Made by a program: the position numbers and the translations under genes. Below, in pieces: positions 29,606 to 37,970 of a stretch of 64,000 bases of DNA. The notes under the pieces were generated by a model that saw only the letters and a program-made list of their open reading frames with translations, did no database searches and had not been told where the DNA came from. Positions within the stretch are counted from its first letter, which is position 1; each line of letters opens with the position of its first letter. The DNA is from Bacteroidales bacterium (lineage in GTDB: Bacteria; Bacteroidota; Bacteroidia; Bacteroidales; UBA932): NCBI GenBank assembly GCA_016286145.1, contig JAEESD010000001.1, positions 1,057-65,056 on the forward strand. Reading direction: 5' to 3'.

Positions 29606-29876
29606 TACGCCGCAGGGGGCTCGGGGGAAGGACGCTTCCCCCGTCTGATAAGGCCGCGCACTCGAGCTCGGCGAAGCGCGATCGAGGGCCGCATCAGCGG
29701 CCGTGCCGTGAGGGAGGAGCGATGCGACGACCGGAAGGCACCCGCCGAGAGCGAAGCGGAGGCGGCATGCCCCGGCGGGGCAGCTGCGAAGCAGCGGGGG
29801 TGGAAGAGGAGCTTCGCGCAGCGAAGCGACGGGCACAAGAAAAGCATCGCTTCGCGGCGATGCTTTTCTTGTGCCC
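29606..29876. repeat. GC-rich, GCGAAGC-rich multi-hairpin element abutting the tRNA-Leu 3' end
   Basis: Several gcgaagc/gcttcgc hairpins; terminal palindrome gggcacaagaaaagcatcgc...gcgatgcttttcttgtgccc includes the tRNA 3' end. Confidence 0.65.
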
Positions 29877-29956
29877 AAAGCCGGGATCGAACCGGCACGT
29901 CTTTAAGGGACACTGGATTTTGAGTCCAGCGCGTCTACCAATTCCGCCATTCGGGC
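29872..29956 (-). tRNA. tRNA-Leu(CAA), copy 2 (canonical)
   Basis: Same cloverleaf with D-arm GGCGGAATTGG; upstream TACCTTTG promoter element. Confidence 0.95.
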
Positions 29957-30022
29957 TCAGTTGCAGGGGCAAAGGTAGCGCAAAAACGCGATTATTCAAA
30001 TATTATGGCTAATTTCGCATAG

Positions 30023-30184
30023 GCGGAGCGATGGCTCTCCCCGAGAGGCGTGTCCACCCCCGGACACGGGCAGGGGGTAGGCGTCCGTCGATAGCGAGTT
30101 CTGCGAAGCAGGACGAAGATAGCGATGGAAGGGGCCGGAAGGAGCGAAGCGACTGGAGTCCTCTCGGGGAGAGCCATCGTCCGC
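30023..30184. repeat. Structured intergenic repeat element, copy 2
   Basis: Terminal inverted repeats 30023-30048 / 30160-30184; core shared with 7119-7284 in opposite orientation. Confidence 0.85.
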
Positions 30185-30196
30185 TGCAGATGAAAT

Positions 30197-31228
30197 ATGA
30201 AAAAGCAAGTATACATAGTTTACGATTTCGCGGTGGAGGAATTCGCGGCTTCGCTCGCGGCGAAGTGGCAGAAAGACGGATACTGCGAGGTGAAGGACAA
30301 GATGGGGATAGTTGCAACGGAAGGAGACAAGAGTCTCGCGACCGTGCAGGCGATATGCAGTTGGCTGCTGCAAAGCGGAGCGCCCAAGAGCGCGACGCTG
30401 GTGGCGGTCGGAGGCGGAGTCGTCACTGATGTCGTCGGGCTCGCCGGCGCCCTGTACAAGAGGGGGATGGCGGTAGAATATGTCCCGACAACCCTTCTGG
30501 CTCAGGTCGACGCGGCGATAGGCGGCAAGACCGGCGCCAACCTCGACGGGGTGAAGAACGCGATCGGAACTATAACCCTCCCGCAGAAGGTCCATATCTT
30601 CGCGGAGCCGCTCAAAACGCTTCCCGCGCGCGAGCTGAAATCCGGCTCGGCCGAGCTAATCAAGACCTTCCTGCTTTTCGATCCTGAACTCTACGACAAA
30701 GCCATAAGAATCTTCTCCCTTGTCCAGGGCGCAGGCTACACAAAAGAAGCGGTAGACGCCGCTCTGCCCCAGATTCTCGAGCTCTCGCAGGCTGCGGCAA
30801 GATACAAGGAGAAGGCAGTAAAGAAGGATCTATTCGATCGCGACAAGCGCCATCTGCTGAACCTTGGCCACACCTACGGCCACGCAATAGAGTGGTGGCA
30901 GAGCGCCGGAACATCCATCACTAAGGGCAACGAAATCACGGTGGCTAATTATTCCCACGGCGAGGCGGTTGCGATCGGAATCGTCATCGCCGCGCGCCTC
31001 TCGGAAATAGCGGGCATCGCGGAGCCTGGTCTCGCTGCCAAGCTCTCGGCTGACCTCGAATCCTGCGGCCTGCCCACCCAACTCCCGACCAAGGTCGAGG
31101 AACTGTTCCCCGCAATACAAAACGACAAGAAGGTAGACGGCGACAAGCTCGATTTTGTCTATCTCAAGGCCATCGGAAAGCCTGTACTTAAGAAGAGTCG
31201 CATTAAAGATCTGAAGATAGAAGGATGA
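30197..31228 (+). CDS. aroB: 3-dehydroquinate synthase
   Basis: GGGVVTD, VPTTLLAQVDAAIGGKTG, LNLGHTYGHAIE, HGEAVAIG. Confidence 0.93.
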   Translation: MKKQVYIVYDFAVEEFAASLAAKWQKDGYCEVKDKMGIVATEGDKSLATVQAICSWLLQSGAPKSATLVAVGGGVVTDVVGLAGALYKRGMAVEYVPTTLLAQVDAAIGGKTGANLDGVKNAIGTITLPQKVHIFAEPLKTLPARELKSGSAELIKTFLLFDPELYDKAIRIFSLVQGAGYTKEAVDAALPQILELSQAAARYKEKAVKKDLFDRDKRHLLNLGHTYGHAIEWWQSAGTSITKGNEITVANYSHGEAVAIGIVIAARLSEIAGIAEPGLAAKLSADLESCGLPTQLPTKVEELFPAIQNDKKVDGDKLDFVYLKAIGKPVLKKSRIKDLKIEG

Positions 31229-33225
31229 TCTGTACTACAATTCATCACAAAACATACGCTGAGATTCTCTCCATCCTGGACGATCCGTTCGTAGAGATGG
31301 CAGAGATACGCCTTGATAAAAACGAACTCAGCGAAGAAGAAATAAAAGATCTTTTCGGGAGCTGTGAAAAGCCCCTTATCGCAACCTATAGGGTGGATAA
31401 ACAACCGACCCTCAGAGAGTTCAATATAGAGTGGGAGAAAGCCCTGAGGCTGATGGGCCAGGCCGTTGAGGCGGGAGCGCGCTATGTAGACGTAGACCTT
31501 ACCGCCCCCGTCAATATCAGTAAGTATTTCCAGAAGCTCTGCCGCAAGACGGGAACGGAGCTCATCCGTTCCTACCACGACTTCGAAAAGACCCCCGAAC
31601 TCGAATACCTCCAGCAGGTTGCAGCCCGCTGTTTCCGTTATGGGGCGGACGTGGCTAAAATAGTCACGACGGCGACCGTAAATAATGATAGTGACAGAAT
31701 TTTGTCACTTTATACAGCGGCGGCCCCCGAAGGGCAGGATTTCCCGCGCACCAGGCTTATCGCTTTCGCGATGGGCGAGGCCGGCTCCGAAACACGCGTC
31801 GGCTGCCTGAAAAAAGGCGCCCCCTTCACGTATGCGGCTTACGATGAACCTGCGGCAGAGGGCCAGATCCCGCTGGAGCAGATGCACGAAAAGGTCTACG
31901 GCGAGTTCCTTGGCCTTTATCGCGGCGATTTCTCGGTCCCGAGCTCGAAGAGCTTCGCCCAGAGGGCAATAATCGCCGCGGCCCTCGCCGAGGGAACGTC
32001 CTACCTCCGGAATTATACAGCCTGCGACGACTCTGAATCAGCAGTGAAGGTAGCGCGCACGCTCGGCGCGAAAGTCACCCGCAAAGGCAGCACGCTGACC
32101 ATCGTGGGCATAGGCCCGCTCCGCGAGAAACTTTCGATCGAGAAGATCAATGCCGGCGAATCGGGCATCCTTGCGCGCCTGATGATTCCTATTCTGGCCC
32201 AGATCAACGGCTGCCCGGCCATAATCGAGGGCCGTGGGACCTTGCTTGGCCGGCCGCTGGCGAGCGCATCGGATATAATGGCGGCGTTCGGGGTGATCCT
32301 GCGCAATGAGACCGCCCGCCCCGGACGTGAGATATTCGTCCCTCTCGCGGTCAAGGGCGAGATGATCGCGGGCACGGCCGACCTCCCCGGGAAGCCGGGC
32401 TCACAGCTCGTTTCGGGCGTCTTGATGGCCCTGCCGCTGAACCCCAAGGACTCGAAAGTCTACGTAGGCGAGCCGAAATCTATCCCATACATGTTCATTA
32501 CTCTTGATGTGTTGCGAAAGTTCGGGATCAAGGCCGGGGCTCAGCTCGAGGGCAACGCCGAGATGCTCGAGCAGCAGGATTGGACCTACTGCACGGGTAT
32601 CAATTTCACCATCGAAGGCGGGCAGAGCTATAAGGCGGCGGATATTACCCTGGAAGGGGACTGGAGCGCGGCGGCGAACTTCCTGGTAGGAGGCGCGCTT
32701 TTCGGCAGCGTAGAGCTCGAAGGGCTGGATACTTCGTCACTTCAAGCGGATATTTCTATCCTCGACGTGCTCGTTGAGGCTGGGGCGGCAGTTGCTTATG
32801 ACGAAGAGGTGGTAAGCGTCAAGAAGGGACCGCTCGTGGCGTTCGATTTCGACCTTTGCCAGGCCCCGGACATCTTCCCGATAGTGAGTCTGCTGGCGGC
32901 ATTCTGCGCCGGCACTTCTACCATCGCGGGAGTAGGACGCCTTCGCGGCAAGGAGACAGACCGCGCTGCAGCTATAGTTGAAATGCTCACTCAGATGGGC
33001 GTTCGCGCCTGGATCGAAGGCGATATCCTCTCGGTCGAGGGCGAGACGCTCTCTTCTCGCCTCCTTAACGGAAGGCTGCTTAAGGGCGGACGATATTCAT
33101 CGCACCACGACCACCGTATGGCGATGGTCCTTCGCATCGCCTCGATCGCGGCTGACAGTCCGATTGAGATAGATGACAGGGAATGTGTGACGAAATCCTT
33201 CCCCGAATTCTTCGAAAACTTTTAA
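31225..33225 (+). CDS. aroA: Bifunctional type I 3-dehydroquinate dehydratase (AroD) / EPSP synthase (AroA) fusion
   Basis: N-terminal EIRLD, SYHDFEKTP, AKIV, FAMGEAG; C-terminal PSSKS..QR, EGDWS, KETDR, DHRMAM. Confidence 0.9.
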   Translation: MICTTIHHKTYAEILSILDDPFVEMAEIRLDKNELSEEEIKDLFGSCEKPLIATYRVDKQPTLREFNIEWEKALRLMGQAVEAGARYVDVDLTAPVNISKYFQKLCRKTGTELIRSYHDFEKTPELEYLQQVAARCFRYGADVAKIVTTATVNNDSDRILSLYTAAAPEGQDFPRTRLIAFAMGEAGSETRVGCLKKGAPFTYAAYDEPAAEGQIPLEQMHEKVYGEFLGLYRGDFSVPSSKSFAQRAIIAAALAEGTSYLRNYTACDDSESAVKVARTLGAKVTRKGSTLTIVGIGPLREKLSIEKINAGESGILARLMIPILAQINGCPAIIEGRGTLLGRPLASASDIMAAFGVILRNETARPGREIFVPLAVKGEMIAGTADLPGKPGSQLVSGVLMALPLNPKDSKVYVGEPKSIPYMFITLDVLRKFGIKAGAQLEGNAEMLEQQDWTYCTGINFTIEGGQSYKAADITLEGDWSAAANFLVGGALFGSVELEGLDTSSLQADISILDVLVEAGAAVAYDEEVVSVKKGPLVAFDFDLCQAPDIFPIVSLLAAFCAGTSTIAGVGRLRGKETDRAAAIVEMLTQMGVRAWIEGDILSVEGETLSSRLLNGRLLKGGRYSSHHDHRMAMVLRIASIAADSPIEIDDRECVTKSFPEFFENF

Positions 33226-34553
33226 TTTATATCGGCTTCGAAGCAGATTCTCTGGCCTGTGACGAGATGATCACACTCGACCGTAGGGATGCTCTTCGGG
33301 CCGATTCCGTTTGCGCTGACTTCAACCCAGATTTCGTTGCCCGGCATCAGCTGGGCGAGGTTGTACTCTGACCTGGTTCCGTCTACGGCAATCCACGCGT
33401 CACGATAGATAGGGGCTACGCCGACATTCGCAACCAGAAGAGCGGCTTTTCCGTCTTTTACGCGGAAGTCTCTGATGCGGAATTTATATCCCATAGAGAG
33501 CGAGGCTTCGCGTATGCGGCTCCAGCTTTGATATCCCGGCTGATCGGCTCCGATGATGAAGGTCATGTGGAACTTCGCGACCTCGTCTTCGAACTTGCGG
33601 TGATACATTCCGCCCTCGTCCAGGCAGTGTTCCTGATCATAGTCTGAGTAATAGCTGAACTCGCCGCCGAGGGGAGCTCTCTTATAACGCGTTTCGCCAA
33701 AGAAGAACCAGCTGCGGTAGTTGTAGCCGTCGTGGTCCTGACACATAAAGGAGTCGTCGAAGTTGCCGAAGCGCAGATCCAGAAGGTCGGGATACTTCTG
33801 GAACGGGCCGTAGGTGTTGTCGGCTGCATCGATTGAGATACTCCAGGTTGTTTCCTTGAACCATTCCGACATTCCGCGCATAAACTCGGCCTGGAAATCC
33901 TTGTCCGGGAAGGTCTGACCCATCTTGAAAGGTCCGTCGTAGATATGGTATTCGGCCCAAAGACCGAAACCTGTCTCGAGGAAGGCAAGGCGGGGATCTT
34001 TGTCGTAGCGCTCGGCCAGCTTCTTATAGAACTCGAGGTGGAAACGCTTCAGTTCGTCGCAGCGCCAGTCGGGGAAGTAGGTTGTTCTGCCTTCGGGCTT
34101 TCCTACAGTCTCCTCATAACCGGGCCAGGCCTTGATATAGTCGGGAACCGTACACTTCTTTCCTACATAGGTGTAGTGGAAGCGGATTACGGCCTGATGT
34201 CCGCGGGAAGCGATGCCTTCCAGGAGGTTGTCAAGAACGGTCCAGTCGTATTTATCCTTTTCCTTACAGACATCGTTGTACTGCATATAAGAGTACTCGA
34301 GGGAAATGTCCTCTGATCTGTACGGAGCCCACATTACGATACCGGTCATAGGCTGGACTTTGGTGATGCTGCTCTTAAGGGCTACACGGGTATAGTCTGC
34401 GTACTCTTCCGGTACTTTTACTTCTTCGGTGATGGCTTCCTGACCTTCTTCGGGATCGGTCCCATCCTTGGGGATTCCTCCCTTGTATGAGGGATCATTT
34501 CCGCAGGCTAACAGGGTCAGCGCTGCTGCGATAAGTGTGGCGATGCGTTTCAT
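33222..34553 (-). CDS. Lipoprotein, putative GH-A clan TIM-barrel hydrolase (DUF4832-like)
   Basis: LAC lipobox; YDW..LD, RYDKDPR, GFGLWAEYH, GGEFSYY, MGY, NVGVAPIY. Confidence 0.6.
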   Translation of the reverse strand: MKRIATLIAAALTLLACGNDPSYKGGIPKDGTDPEEGQEAITEEVKVPEEYADYTRVALKSSITKVQPMTGIVMWAPYRSEDISLEYSYMQYNDVCKEKDKYDWTVLDNLLEGIASRGHQAVIRFHYTYVGKKCTVPDYIKAWPGYEETVGKPEGRTTYFPDWRCDELKRFHLEFYKKLAERYDKDPRLAFLETGFGLWAEYHIYDGPFKMGQTFPDKDFQAEFMRGMSEWFKETTWSISIDAADNTYGPFQKYPDLLDLRFGNFDDSFMCQDHDGYNYRSWFFFGETRYKRAPLGGEFSYYSDYDQEHCLDEGGMYHRKFEDEVAKFHMTFIIGADQPGYQSWSRIREASLSMGYKFRIRDFRVKDGKAALLVANVGVAPIYRDAWIAVDGTRSEYNLAQLMPGNEIWVEVSANGIGPKSIPTVECDHLVTGQRICFEADIN

Positions 34554-34594
34554 ATGGGCAAAGTTATAAAATTAGTGGTAACTTTACAGTTGAT

Positions 34595-36664
34595 ATGAGA
34601 ATTCACCACATTTTTATAGCACTCGCGCTTCTGGCTGCGTGTAAGCCGGAGCCAGCGCCAACCCCGGAGCCGGATCCCAAGCCCGATCCGGTAGTTCCCG
34701 TAGAAGAAACTCCCTACCTTTCCGCCAAGGCGGATGTGAAATCGGTGATGGAGCCGGGTTCTCTGGTTACGGTTGCAGTCAAGTCCAACTATGGATGGGC
34801 GTATTCCCTCAGCAGCGAACTGCTTGAAGAGAAAGAGTCTACAGACAGTACTCTTGTCCTGAAGTCTTGTCTTAACCGGGGGGCGGACGAGACGGTATCG
34901 GTGACTATCATATCGGATAAGGACCGCAGTCTTACAAGCAGTATAGACGTAAAGGTCAAGACCGGACTGCTGCTGGATTTTGAGTTCCAGTCAGACGGAA
35001 CAGCGCGCGACGTTTCCCCGAATTCTTACTGGATAGATACTAAGGCCGGGGTCAATATGATGACCTATTACAACGAGGACGCAGGCCGTATTGCGGCTCG
35101 TTTCTTCAGCAGCCTCGGCGGGACCCTTACAGACGGTTTCTATAAGTTTGAATACAACAGCAACAAGTCTTTCCAGGACGCGCTCGCGAACGGTCATTCG
35201 CTGGAAGTGTTGTTTATGCTCGGTGACGAGCCAGGAGATGTAGGCGAGATTAAGATGTTTTCGTCTATGGAGCAGGGCGGGACGGGCTTTCTCGTTACCG
35301 ACCCCTCCCGCGGGCGCGAGATTACCTTCCTTCCGAACACGACCGACGCTGTAGGTAAAAGCTGGCGCTGGTGTAGGAGCGGGGTGGTTCCGGAGGTGGG
35401 CCAGTATTATCACGTTGTGGGAGTATGGGACAAGGCGGCCGGCGAGGCCAGGATATACGTCGATGGAAATCTGGAAGCGAAGGTGGCTGCGGCCGGAACT
35501 TATAATCCGCCGTATAATGCGACCTCCCGTTGGTTCTGTGTAGGCGGTGATCCGTCCGGAGCCCAGTGTCAGAGCGCATGGAACGGGGATGTGGTTCTTG
35601 CGCGTATCTATGATGCCGTTCTGGATGATGAGTCGGCCGCCCGTTTGTGGGAAGAGGCGCCTCATAATATCCAGAGCTCTCCTTTCAGGGTAACCAATGT
35701 CCTATATCTTACCGAATGCGAGGTTAAACCTGGCGGAGACTATATTGTAGCGGGGGATGGTTTTGTCACAGGTGATAAAATAAAATTTGAAGGTGACGAA
35801 ATTGTGACTTGCGAAACGCTTGTCGAAGACGGCCGTGCCGTAGCTACAATTCCGCAGAATATGAAGAGCGGGTCCTATAAGTTATATGCCGTCCGCGGGG
35901 CAGAATCCGCGCCCCTTGGCAGCGCCCGCCTTACCGTTACGGACTCTCCACGCCCGCTCCACGCCCCGAAGGCGGTAGCCCACCGCGGATTCCACGGCAG
36001 CGGACGACCTGAAAACTCCATCGCCGCCCTTAAGGCAGCTCAGGATGCGGGTTTCTATGGGTCGGAAATGGATCTTTGGATTACGACTGACGGGGTGGTT
36101 TATGTCAACCACGACGGTGTAATCAGCGGAAAGACTATCCAAAACTGCTCTTCCGCCGACCTGACCTCGATAACCCTTAGTAATGGAGAGCCGCTACCGA
36201 CCTTCAGACAATATTTGGAGCAGGCTATGAAGAATCTCGACACCCGCCTTGTGATAGAAATCAAGCAGCATTCAACTGCAGAGCGCAGCCGAGCTTGTAC
36301 GACTGAAATGCTCCGCCTGGTAGACGAGTTCGGGATAGGAAATAAGGTAGATTATATCAGTTTCAGCAGGGACGTCTGCGCCCAGATAGCCGCGGCGAAA
36401 CCCGGAACAACTGTCGGCTATCTTACGACTACCACCGATCTTGCCGGGTTGATGGCCCAGGGCATTAATTGCGCCGATTTCGCTTACTCGGATCTGTTTA
36501 GAAATACAGCGCTTTTCGATCAGGCCCACTCGCTCGGAATGACGGTAAATATCTGGACGGTAGATTCCGCCAGCGATATGATGCGCGCGATCGGCCTTGG
36601 GGCTGATTTCATCACAACCAACCGTCCCGATCTCCTTACAGATATCGTCGCGCGATTCTTCTAA
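34595..36664 (+). CDS. Lipoprotein with a LamG-like domain, an Ig-like domain and a C-terminal GDPD
   Basis: AAC lipobox; YYHVVGVWD...IYVDG...ARIYD LamG motifs; VAHRG, ENSIAA, SEMD, NIWTVD, ITTNRP. Confidence 0.85.
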   Translation: MRIHHIFIALALLAACKPEPAPTPEPDPKPDPVVPVEETPYLSAKADVKSVMEPGSLVTVAVKSNYGWAYSLSSELLEEKESTDSTLVLKSCLNRGADETVSVTIISDKDRSLTSSIDVKVKTGLLLDFEFQSDGTARDVSPNSYWIDTKAGVNMMTYYNEDAGRIAARFFSSLGGTLTDGFYKFEYNSNKSFQDALANGHSLEVLFMLGDEPGDVGEIKMFSSMEQGGTGFLVTDPSRGREITFLPNTTDAVGKSWRWCRSGVVPEVGQYYHVVGVWDKAAGEARIYVDGNLEAKVAAAGTYNPPYNATSRWFCVGGDPSGAQCQSAWNGDVVLARIYDAVLDDESAARLWEEAPHNIQSSPFRVTNVLYLTECEVKPGGDYIVAGDGFVTGDKIKFEGDEIVTCETLVEDGRAVATIPQNMKSGSYKLYAVRGAESAPLGSARLTVTDSPRPLHAPKAVAHRGFHGSGRPENSIAALKAAQDAGFYGSEMDLWITTDGVVYVNHDGVISGKTIQNCSSADLTSITLSNGEPLPTFRQYLEQAMKNLDTRLVIEIKQHSTAERSRACTTEMLRLVDEFGIGNKVDYISFSRDVCAQIAAAKPGTTVGYLTTTTDLAGLMAQGINCADFAYSDLFRNTALFDQAHSLGMTVNIWTVDSASDMMRAIGLGADFITTNRPDLLTDIVARFF

Positions 36665-36669
36665 AAATT

Positions 36670-36756
36670 GCGGTTTCTCTGCAAATAAAGAGCAGGGAAA
36701 CCGCAAAAAGGGGGTAAAATGAGGTTCCTCTGCAAAAAAAAGAGCAGGGAAACCGT
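36670..36756. repeat. Tandem pair of GCGGTTTCTC-N15/16-GGGAAACCG palindromes between convergent genes (possible bidirectional terminator)
   Basis: 36670-36704 and 36721-36756; related palindrome at 63556-63590. Confidence 0.7.
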
Positions 36757-36762
36757 AGTTTT

Positions 36763-37839
36763 TTAATGCGGGATTTCGGTAATTACGATCGCGGAAGTGA
36801 CGACACGTTCCGAGCCGTCTGAAGGGTTGTTGAGGATGGCTCCGTCTTTTCCGACTATGCAGGAGGAGCCGCCGCCGTCGAAGTTCATAGCGTCCGTGCA
36901 GCCTAGCGAAATCATCTTAGCAGAGAGTTCGGCCAGGGTATAGCCCTTGCTGCCGCCAGAGCCACGGCCGTCGCATACGAGCAGGATCAGCTTGCCATCT
37001 TCCGTGATTCCGGCCGCAGTACGGGGCGCACGGGCGAAGGCCTGGGTTCCGCCCGCGTTCAGGCACTCACCCCAATATGCATCGGTAGAGATGTCGACCC
37101 CGTCCTTGACGAGCCTGGGGCCGCCGCCCATCGCCTCGACCGGTTCCCAACTCCACGTCCCCTCGCAGTAGTCTGCTCCCGGGGGCTCGGGCATAAAGGT
37201 TTCGGTCTTTTCGTTATTGTCCAGCCAGGAAGGGAAGACCGTATGTGTCTTGAAGGCGATATCGGTGCAATATGTCCACTGAATCTCGAAACTGCCGTCC
37301 TTCATCTGGCCAAGGGCCGAGCGGACGGGGTAGATTGTGCAGGTAGGATTTTCGTCACCGGGCCAGTTGAAGGCGCGGAAGGCTTTGATCGTGAACTCTC
37401 CCTTATGGGCAACAAGGCTCACGGACGTACTTCCGGCAAAATATCCGCCGTTGGTGGCGAGGCAGGGAACTCCGTCTGCGGCCTCCGTATCTGAGAAGAA
37501 CTTTGAGGGGCCCTTCTTCTTGCTGGTTTTACGGCAGGTGAAACGAAGGTTGGGGTTCTCGGCGAAATCTATAGTAGCTACATAGCCGCTGCATTTATTG
37601 CCGTCTGTAAAATTCTCGGTGAAGGGCACTACACTTACTCCTACCGGGTAGCCTTCCACCCAGCTCCAGTCGCGCTCGGGCTCGGGAGGAGTCGGAGGGG
37701 TTGGAGGAGTAGGGGGATTAGTTTGAGTAGTATCAACCTGCTCTTCGGGTTCCTGGGGCACCTGGGGGTCAGGGGTCTTACACGAGAACGCTCCTATCAG
37801 CGCCACTGCTGCGAGAAGCAGCGAAGAATTGCGTGTCAT
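36763..37839 (-). CDS. Phosphodiester glycosidase (NAGPA-family) lipoprotein
   Basis: FSC lipobox; NGGYF, GGGPRLVKDG, PRTAAG, DGR, AMNFDGGGSS, ERVV. Confidence 0.88.
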   Translation of the reverse strand: MTRNSSLLLAAVALIGAFSCKTPDPQVPQEPEEQVDTTQTNPPTPPTPPTPPEPERDWSWVEGYPVGVSVVPFTENFTDGNKCSGYVATIDFAENPNLRFTCRKTSKKKGPSKFFSDTEAADGVPCLATNGGYFAGSTSVSLVAHKGEFTIKAFRAFNWPGDENPTCTIYPVRSALGQMKDGSFEIQWTYCTDIAFKTHTVFPSWLDNNEKTETFMPEPPGADYCEGTWSWEPVEAMGGGPRLVKDGVDISTDAYWGECLNAGGTQAFARAPRTAAGITEDGKLILLVCDGRGSGGSKGYTLAELSAKMISLGCTDAMNFDGGGSSCIVGKDGAILNNPSDGSERVVTSAIVITEIPH

Positions 37840-37970
37840 CCTCTTAAAGTTGCGATTAGTTACCACAAAGATAACAATTTTGGATTTCAACCTTTTTAAA
37901 TCCGGGGCTGGAGTCTAAAAATCAAAGATTTTTTGTAGTTTTACGCTGCAAAAAACTAACCTGACATATA

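Noticed and set aside
29486-29923. 145-aa ORF beginning with BRO-like sequence
   Set aside because: Chimeric read-through from a BRO fragment into a GC-rich repeat and the antisense tRNA.
25542-29990. CRISPR array or classical integron
   Set aside because: Repeats are few and kb-spaced with gene-sized inserts; no cas or intI gene and no attC-type GTTRRRY/RYYYAAC structure recognised.
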